NCBI GenBank assembly: GCA_025449835.1
Contig: JANWIO010000166.1
Span: forward strand, 18,967-82,966
Direction: 5' to 3'
DNA from: Vampirovibrionales bacterium
GTDB taxonomy: Bacteria; Cyanobacteriota; Vampirovibrionia; Vampirovibrionales; JAGQHJ01
DNA length: 64,000 nucleotides
The notes below the pieces were generated by a model. It worked only from the letters and a program-made list of their open reading frames with translations, did no database searches and was not told the DNA's origin. The translations under genes and the position numbers were made by a program. Shown here one piece after another: positions 57,841-64,000 of the stretch (position 1 is its first letter; every line of letters starts with the position of its first letter).

Positions 57841-59136
57841 ATGGTTACGATTCGCCCCTTTAAAGGTCTCCGATACAGTATGAAGGAACTTGCCAACATT
57901 GAAGATGTGGTCGCACCGCCTTATGATGTAATTTCACCGCAAGAGCAACAAGCCCTTTACCAAAAAAGCCCCTATAACATTGTGCGTCTCATTTTAGGAC
58001 TTAAACAACCCAGCGATACCGATGCAGAAAATATTTACAGCCGGGCCCATACATTTTTAGAAACCTGGAAACAACAGGGCGTTTTGCAGCCTGAAGGAAC
58101 ACCCGCCCTCTACGCTTACTCTCAAACCTGGGACAATATTGAAAGACGGGGCTTTATTGCCACCCTGCAAATAGAGCCCTATGAAACGGGAAAAGTTTTG
58201 CCCCATGAATTTACGTTGGGAGGCCCTAAAGCCGATCGGCTTGCCTTAATGAAGGCTACGGGAAACATTCTAAGCCCCATTTTTTGCCTTTATCATGACC
58301 CGCAAAAGTGGATGGAATCCTTATTGTTTGCCTCTCCTATTCCCACAAACGCCATTGAAATTGAAGATCAAGATCAAGTGCTGCATCGTTTCTGGCCGGT
58401 CACCGATCCCCACATTTTTGAATCCTTGCAAACGTTATTGAAAGAAAAAACAGCCCTGATTGCAGATGGTCACCATCGTTATGAAACGGCCATGGCCTAT
58501 CAGGCTTGGCGTAGAGAGCAAGATCATCAAGAAAGCACTCCATCCGGCAGTTTCCCTTGGGATTTCACCATGGCCTTTTTCACCAATATGGCAGATTCGG
58601 GATTAAAGATTTATCCAACCCACCGAGTTTTTACCAGCTTACCCAGTGGCTGGACAGCAGAGTCACTTATTCAAGCATTATCCAATTATTTTGAACCTAC
58701 CGCCCCAGAAAAAGCCCTATTTTGGGTACAGCATGGCCTTAGTGAAAAGCAAGCCTACCAACTGAAATCCACCGTCGATCTCTCTGCCATGCCAGAATCT
58801 TTAAGAACACTGGATGTTGCCTTACTGGATCAATTTGTTTTTCAAACCCTCTTAAAACAACCTGCCAACCAATTAAAGCAAGACGGCTACTTGGAATTTA
58901 TCCGGGATGAAGCAGCGGTACGCACCCTGTTACAAGAAGGCGCCCTGGCATTTTGGGTTCATGCTCCCAGTGTCGATGCCGTTCGGACCATCTGTGAATC
59001 AGGACTGCGGATGCCCCAAAAATCCACTTACTTTTACCCAAAACTCTTGAGTGGTTTAGTTTTATATGATCACAGCCTCCAGAATGCCTCTGACGAAGCC
59101 TTCAAACAAAATCAATTTTCAAAAAGTATTGGTTAA
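57841..59136 (+). CDS. DUF1015-family protein; start corrected to ATG 57841
   Basis: MVTIRPFKGLRY... is the typical DUF1015 N-terminus. GAGAGGAG SD upstream. The track ORF's first 53 codons overlap rlmH. Confidence 0.6.
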   Translation: MVTIRPFKGLRYSMKELANIEDVVAPPYDVISPQEQQALYQKSPYNIVRLILGLKQPSDTDAENIYSRAHTFLETWKQQGVLQPEGTPALYAYSQTWDNIERRGFIATLQIEPYETGKVLPHEFTLGGPKADRLALMKATGNILSPIFCLYHDPQKWMESLLFASPIPTNAIEIEDQDQVLHRFWPVTDPHIFESLQTLLKEKTALIADGHHRYETAMAYQAWRREQDHQESTPSGSFPWDFTMAFFTNMADSGLKIYPTHRVFTSLPSGWTAESLIQALSNYFEPTAPEKALFWVQHGLSEKQAYQLKSTVDLSAMPESLRTLDVALLDQFVFQTLLKQPANQLKQDGYLEFIRDEAAVRTLLQEGALAFWVHAPSVDAVRTICESGLRMPQKSTYFYPKLLSGLVLYDHSLQNASDEAFKQNQFSKSIG

Positions 59137-59261
59137 TCGTTCCAAAAGGTTTCATCAGCCTAAGACGCTGATCACATCCGAATTAGAATTTGCAGTTAGA
59201 CGTCGATGTCTTCTATAATATCGATGGCATTGCATGCACAAAACCAAGAGGTTTCATCACC

Positions 59262-59501
59262 ATGTCCACCACAGCTCCCAAAACGCCTGAACAATTGAAA
59301 AAAGAAGCTGAGCATCAGGCACAGTTTCGTGCAGCCCGGAACGTCTATTTGATTATTGTTGCATCCTTTCTAACGGTTTGTACCGTTGCAGTGATCATTA
59401 CAATGAAAACAGCCGCTTCACAAACCGGTTTTCAAGCGATCCACACTTCAACACCCATTGCCTTTTTCGACAAAACCTACATGGTTCATAAGAAAAAATA
59501 A
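59262..59501 (+). CDS. Small single-TM membrane protein (about 79 aa)
   Basis: Internal ATG with an AGAGG SD. One hydrophobic helix (VYLIIVASFLTVCTVAVIIT). Confidence 0.35.
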   Translation: MSTTAPKTPEQLKKEAEHQAQFRAARNVYLIIVASFLTVCTVAVIITMKTAASQTGFQAIHTSTPIAFFDKTYMVHKKK

Positions 59502-59512
59502 TTTAACACGCC

Positions 59513-60571
59513 CTAAAGGGTTAATAACGCATAGCGTAACCACGGGTTCCGGGGTTTTGGCTTATTCGAATAATAATAAACCACCAAAAGTTGATTTAAG
59601 TCCTCCAGCCAGATCATGTCCCCATAGCCCCCATCATAGTGGTTACCATTATAAGTTTCCACAACAAAGGGCGTTGAGAAACCTTTGGTTGTTGGATTAA
59701 ACTCCGCCAAGGAAAAAGTGCCTCCTTGCTCTGGATCTTTTTCGAGAAATCCACGAAAGCAGGTTAAAATCTGGCCGGAAGGCAGCACATAAAACATGGG
59801 GGCCTCCCCAAAAAGCGCCGTCTTTTCCGGCAAACTCCAGGTTTTGCCTTCATCTTTACTATAAGCCAGAAAAAGCGCCCCTGGATATTCCCCAGCAGTT
59901 CGCATCAATGTATACAGCACACCATTGGCATACACCATTGCGGTTTCATTGGCACAAATATTCGGTGCAAGATAAATAGGGGTTATCCAACTCAAAAACT
60001 GCCAGGTGCTTCCTTGATCTAAGGACTGGTAAAGTCCTGGACGGGTGACGCGTTTTTCCTTTGCTTCGAGCGGCATATCCGTACTCCCCCCATAAAAGAC
60101 CTGAAGCCATTTTTTTCCTGAATCAATGGCAACCACACGACCCCATTGGGCCCCAATTTTAAAAATATCATCTGAGGGAAAAAGCTGTGTCGAAGCCAAG
60201 GCGTGAATGGAAGGACCTTTTGTGTAAAAAACGGGATTATCATTGGGATAACGCCGTAAAAACATCATTAACTCTGACCCCACGGTGGTAATGTTGCCAT
60301 CAATCAATCCAGGAGGGTAGTCGTTTCCCTGATAAAGAAGATTTTCTGCTAAAAATTGCTTTTGGGTGGTGGAAAATGGCTTAAAATACAAATTGCCTTC
60401 CAGGCCATGGGCTCCCATGCCCGGGCGCTTATCTTTATCGTCATAAATCGCTCGTCGGTAGAGTAAAATAATCTCATTTGTTTGGGGATCCTGTGCCAAT
60501 GAGGGAAAACTAGCATAACCCCCTTTCTGTTTTTTGACGGCATCGCCTTGTTGAATCACTCGAAAATCCAT
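59513..60571 (-). CDS. Cytoplasmic BNR/Asp-box repeat protein (sialidase/glycosyl-hydrolase-like beta-propeller)
   Basis: Asp-box motifs SLDQGSTW and SKDEGKTW. No signal peptide. Confidence 0.6.
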   Translation of the reverse strand: MDFRVIQQGDAVKKQKGGYASFPSLAQDPQTNEIILLYRRAIYDDKDKRPGMGAHGLEGNLYFKPFSTTQKQFLAENLLYQGNDYPPGLIDGNITTVGSELMMFLRRYPNDNPVFYTKGPSIHALASTQLFPSDDIFKIGAQWGRVVAIDSGKKWLQVFYGGSTDMPLEAKEKRVTRPGLYQSLDQGSTWQFLSWITPIYLAPNICANETAMVYANGVLYTLMRTAGEYPGALFLAYSKDEGKTWSLPEKTALFGEAPMFYVLPSGQILTCFRGFLEKDPEQGGTFSLAEFNPTTKGFSTPFVVETYNGNHYDGGYGDMIWLEDLNQLLVVYYYSNKPKPRNPWLRYALLTL

Positions 60572-60577
60572 GAGACC

Positions 60578-61129
60578 TCACATAATTAACTGCTGAACCG
60601 CTTTAAACTGGGGATGTTGTGAGGTTCGCATCAGTTCAAAAAGGGCCATTTCTACACTACTGGGGATAGCGCCTAACTGTGCAAGCTTTCTGAGGGCAAC
60701 ATCATAATTCCGTGGATACCGAGTGCCAATGGCATCTTCAATTAAATAAACCTGATATCCAAGTTCCAGAAGCCGGACGACTGTTTGATTTACACAGATA
60801 TGGGCTTCAATCCCACACACTAGAATTTGCTTTCGCTCAAATCCTAAAAGTTTTTCTTCAATCAAAGGCTCATCACAGCAACCAAAATGGTTTTTTTCAA
60901 AGACCAGATCCGTGTCGGTAAGCGTATTTTTAAGTTCTAAAACCGTATGACCCAAGCCTTTTGGGTATTGTTCACTCACAATCACCGGTACCCCCAGATA
61001 ATGGCACCCCCTGATCATCTGCTGGGTTCCTTGCACCACCTGATCCGCATTGAATAAAATCGGTTTAAATTTATCCTGGATGTCAATCACCAGCAGTAAA
61101 GCATTATCGATAGAGAGAAGTTGGCTCAA
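60578..61129 (-). CDS. Isochorismatase-family cysteine hydrolase
   Basis: ALLLVIDIQDKF start and catalytic Cys context (LVCGIEAHICV). Confidence 0.8.
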   Translation of the reverse strand: MSQLLSIDNALLLVIDIQDKFKPILFNADQVVQGTQQMIRGCHYLGVPVIVSEQYPKGLGHTVLELKNTLTDTDLVFEKNHFGCCDEPLIEEKLLGFERKQILVCGIEAHICVNQTVVRLLELGYQVYLIEDAIGTRYPRNYDVALRKLAQLGAIPSSVEMALFELMRTSQHPQFKAVQQLIM

Positions 61130-61216
61130 AATTCAAAACTCCATAAACGCTTCATTCTATTATAAATCAAGAAATGCCCTTCCCCCAATATCCACACACA
61201 AGGCCAGCAAAAAGAA

Positions 61217-61242
61217 ATCACACTGTTCCAACACAGTGTGAT
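61217..61242. promoter_or_regulatory. Perfect 10-bp inverted repeat ATCACACTGT-tccaac-ACAGTGTGAT in the divergent isochorismatase/ssb intergenic region
   Basis: Read directly from the sequence; contains a CTGT-N6-ACAG core. Confidence 0.45.
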
Positions 61243-61660
61243 AAACAAACGAGGTGGTTGTTGTGGATCATTTTTAGTATAAGAGCGACTTTTATCTCAC
61301 CTCATCCACCGAAGAGTTGAAGCTTGAGGAAGATCTCCAAAACCATTGCCATTTGCGGGAAAAAAGATATCTTTTTATCCCATTGAACCACTCGTGATGC
61401 TTCAAATACACGAATCTCAGACCTCCTTCAGGATGAATTTCTATAAAGTTTTGTATCATTTGTGAAAAATTTTTCTAAAAAAGCCCTAAAACACTTAATT
61501 TTATGTTCTATAAATCCTTGGGACAGAAGGATTTTAGGCCATTTTTAAAGTCATTCCAAGAATTCATCGAAAAACAAACTGTAGGGACTGCAATAGAAAA
61601 GATTTGCTTTTTCTCCCCTCTTATCAACCCTTCAACGCAGCAGTAACTCCTCGTAACGCC

Positions 61661-61688
61661 GCACAACAGATTTGTTGTGCTTTTTTTT
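61661..61688 (+). terminator. Orphan strong intrinsic terminator 155 nt upstream of ssb; candidate 3' end of an sRNA or leader attenuator
   Basis: GCACAACA-gattt-GTTGTGC followed by TTTTTTTT. No plus-strand CDS upstream. Confidence 0.6.
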
Positions 61689-61843
61689 GTCTTTATTTTA
61701 CGGCTTACACCTTAAGAAATACAAAAACCGCCTCTATTTTAACCCATCGGTCTATAATCGTCTGGGCAGAATGGATTTGCTGTTGAAGAATGCTTTACGT
61801 ATAATATACCATTCAGATACAGACAAAGAAAAAGGGCAGTGCC

Positions 61844-62257
61844 ATGCAAGAAAATGAAAAGTCTTCAGGGAATCTCAACAGTGTTGTCGTTGTGGGTCGT
61901 GCCGGACGCGATCCTGAGATTAAATATTTTGAATCTGGAAGCGTGAAAGCCACTTTTTCAATGGCCGTAGATCGAGTCAGCTCTAAAGAAAATCGAGAAA
62001 CCGATTGGTTTAATATTGAAGTGTGGGGACGAACCGCTGAAGTAGTGGGAGAATACCTTAAAAAAGGAAATCAAGCCGCTGTGGCCGGTCGGTTAAGTGT
62101 GCGCAAATGGAATGATGACGCTGGCAATGAACGAGATTATCTGTCTGTGGTTGCCACTGATGTTCGCTTTTTAGGAAGCCGCCGGGATTCTGAAGGGTCT
62201 GGTAACTATGGAAGCTATAATAATAAAGCTGATAGCGGTCAAAGAGCTCCGTTTTAA
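61844..62257 (+). CDS. ssb: Single-stranded DNA-binding protein
   Basis: OB-fold motifs (NSVVVVGRAGRDPE, WFNIEVWGR). Gly/Ser-rich tail ending ...APF. Confidence 0.85.
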   Translation: MQENEKSSGNLNSVVVVGRAGRDPEIKYFESGSVKATFSMAVDRVSSKENRETDWFNIEVWGRTAEVVGEYLKKGNQAAVAGRLSVRKWNDDAGNERDYLSVVATDVRFLGSRRDSEGSGNYGSYNNKADSGQRAPF

Positions 62258-62279
62258 AAGTTGGATGGTGATTTAATCA

Positions 62280-63623
62280 ATGCAAATACCAGGTGAATCC
62301 ATTGGTATTATTGCAGATGACCTAACAGGTGCCTGTGATACCGCCTTGCAATTCCATATGGAAAACGCCAATACCCGAATTTTGTTAGATTACACGGTTG
62401 CAACGCAAACCAATAGCACCCAAACATGGCTTGTTAATACCGATTCCAGACATCTAGATCAGCTTGATGCCATTGCAACGGTTAAAAAATCAGTTCGCTT
62501 TTTACGCCAACAAGTCAGTTTAGATCGCTTTTATAAAAAAGTGGATTCGACCTTACGCGGCCATATCGCCCAAGAATGTTTAGCCATTCTGGACGAGCTT
62601 CGCTGGAAGGCAGTAATTGTCGCCCCCGCCTATCCAGATGAAGGACGCCGAACCATTGGAGGCTATCAAATTGTTCGCGGGTTACCCGTTGGACAAACGG
62701 AAATTGTCCGGGATCCCCTTTTTCCAGTGCGAGAATCTCATCTCCCAACCCTACTGGGAAAAACATCGGATCCTTCCATTGTGGGCTATATTCCCTTATC
62801 CAAGGTGATGGATGGGGCAGGCCCCATTTTAATGGCCATTCAAGAGCAGATTGCCGAAAATAAAAAATTGATTGTGGTGGATGCTTGCTCTGATACCGAC
62901 TTGGAGCAACTCAGCTTAGCTATTAACAAAATGCCTTCCGACATTAATGTGTTGCCATGCGGTTCTGCTGGCTTAGCTAAAGCCTTAAGCCGAAAATGGA
63001 TTGTTCAAAAAGAACACCCTTCACGTCCCCAAATGGTAATTGAGCGGACCCCATTGTTGTTTGTGATTGGAACCACCAGCCAAACGACCCATGATCAAAT
63101 TAAAGTACTCCTTGAGAACTTTGGAGACATTTCGACCGACGGCCGCTTAGAAATTTTTAATTTCACCCCACCCCAGATTTTAGGCCTCGCCCCCATTGAG
63201 GAAGATCTCTCACAGATTTTACAGGCCCTGCGGAACCAATCCACTGTCATCATCACCACCTCTTTCACCGAAGACAGCTTACGAAAAACATTTATCCTGG
63301 CAGAAGAGCATGATATGACGCCTAACGAAGCCTCCGCCATGGCATCTACCCTCTTGGCAAAAGTGACTAAAGAGGTGGTTTCTCAGATTCCGGTCAAACT
63401 TTTGTTATCCGGCGGAGAAACAGCAAACACCATTTGTAAGGCCATTGGGAGCCGTTCTCTTCAGATTATCGATCAAATTGAGACCTCAATTCCCCTGATG
63501 ATTGATGATCAGGCTCGATGGATTATTACCAAATCTGGTGGTTTTGGCACCTCCATGAGCCTCCTCAACATTTTTCGGAATCTAAAGCGCCTGGAGTCCC
63601 AGGAGGAACCTCAAAGTGTCTGA
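62280..63623 (+). CDS. Four-carbon acid sugar kinase (DUF1537/DUF2090, OtnK/PdxA2-partner family)
   Basis: N-terminal IGIIADDLTGACDTA motif. Stop overlaps the pdxA-like start. Confidence 0.7.
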   Translation: MQIPGESIGIIADDLTGACDTALQFHMENANTRILLDYTVATQTNSTQTWLVNTDSRHLDQLDAIATVKKSVRFLRQQVSLDRFYKKVDSTLRGHIAQECLAILDELRWKAVIVAPAYPDEGRRTIGGYQIVRGLPVGQTEIVRDPLFPVRESHLPTLLGKTSDPSIVGYIPLSKVMDGAGPILMAIQEQIAENKKLIVVDACSDTDLEQLSLAINKMPSDINVLPCGSAGLAKALSRKWIVQKEHPSRPQMVIERTPLLFVIGTTSQTTHDQIKVLLENFGDISTDGRLEIFNFTPPQILGLAPIEEDLSQILQALRNQSTVIITTSFTEDSLRKTFILAEEHDMTPNEASAMASTLLAKVTKEVVSQIPVKLLLSGGETANTICKAIGSRSLQIIDQIETSIPLMIDDQARWIITKSGGFGTSMSLLNIFRNLKRLESQEEPQSV

Positions 63624-64000
63624 GCAAACCCTTTGCATTACCCCAGGTGACCCCATGGGGATTGGGCCTGAAATTACCGTTAAGCTTCTACATGCCCATC
63701 ACAAAGAATTCCCAGACCAGACTTTTCGCATTATTGGATCTCTTCCAGCCCTTGAGCACTCTGCACAACGGCTTAATCTTCCATTGCCTCAATCCCATCA
63801 AATTGAATATGAAAATATCGAAGGAGAAACCCCAGGAGAAGTTGCTTATCAGTCCATTGAGCGAGCCATCGAAGTGATTGCCCAGGGTAAAGCCAAGGCA
63901 TTGGTGACCGGACCGATTCATAAAAAGAATCTACAAGACGCCGGGATTCTGGCCAGTGGCCATACTGAGATTTTAGAGCTTTTGGCCAGGCGGTTTTATC
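63616..64000 (+). CDS. pdxA: 4-hydroxythreonine-4-phosphate dehydrogenase family (PdxA/PdxA2), N-terminal fragment running off the window
   Basis: GTG start overlapping the kinase stop. ITPGDPMGIGPEI signature. Open frame to position 64000, not in the ORF track because it has no stop. Confidence 0.8.
   Translation, partial: MSEQTLCITPGDPMGIGPEITVKLLHAHHKEFPDQTFRIIGSLPALEHSAQRLNLPLPQSHQIEYENIEGETPGEVAYQSIERAIEVIAQGKAKALVTGPIHKKNLQDAGILASGHTEILELLARRFY

Noticed and set aside
63518-63877. 119-aa ORF in an alternative frame over the pdxA start
   Set aside because: The overlapping frame beginning at GTG 63616 gives the canonical PdxA ITPGDPMGIGPEI signature. The track ORF is a spurious overlap.
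1-64000. Mobile elements, CRISPR arrays, prophage genes, tRNA and rRNA
   Set aside because: No transposase, integrase or phage structural ORFs were found, no regularly spaced direct repeats, and no tRNA-like cloverleaf candidates in the intergenic regions. The window appears to be stable core and accessory chromosome.

Overview
This 64-kb window is a chromosomal segment from a flagellated Gram-negative (diderm) bacterium (lpxA-fabZ present), with about 45% GC by eye. Lineage cannot be assigned from sequence alone (possibly Bdellovibrionota- or Nitrospirota-like, low confidence). TGA is used as a normal stop codon. The dominant feature is a tandem array of six co-oriented short flagellin genes (14.6-21.3 kb). 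Around it sit several c-di-GMP and two-component genes. One is a four-gene operon: histidine kinase, REC-PAS regulator, HDOD protein and REC-HD-GYP regulator. Another is a divergent pair: a TPR-GAF-HD-GY(F) protein and a pseudo-receiver fused to a degenerate GGDEF domain with an intact I-site. An FlgM-like anti-sigma factor is also present. Nucleotide-sugar genes (wecB, two ugd-family dehydrogenases, a UDP-sugar epimerase, a GT2 transferase, glmU) flank the flagellins. The remainder is mostly housekeeping: mfd, lpxA, fabZ, rsmG, pyrE, tatC, lepB, recN, ssb, rlmH, pgeF, pdxA, a CUT1-type ABC sugar importer, futalosine-pathway and DAP-pathway enzymes, and a plant-type FNR. No transposase, integrase, CRISPR array, rRNA or tRNA was recognised. 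Unusual items include a 939-aa STAND-like P-loop NTPase with TPR repeats, a secreted histidine-rich mini-protein, a GNAT gene split by an in-frame TGA, a signal peptidase I with a Clp-N-like N-terminal extension, a DeoC-like aldolase with a Lys-to-Glu change at a catalytic-pocket position, and several orphan hairpin/terminator structures that may mark small RNAs.
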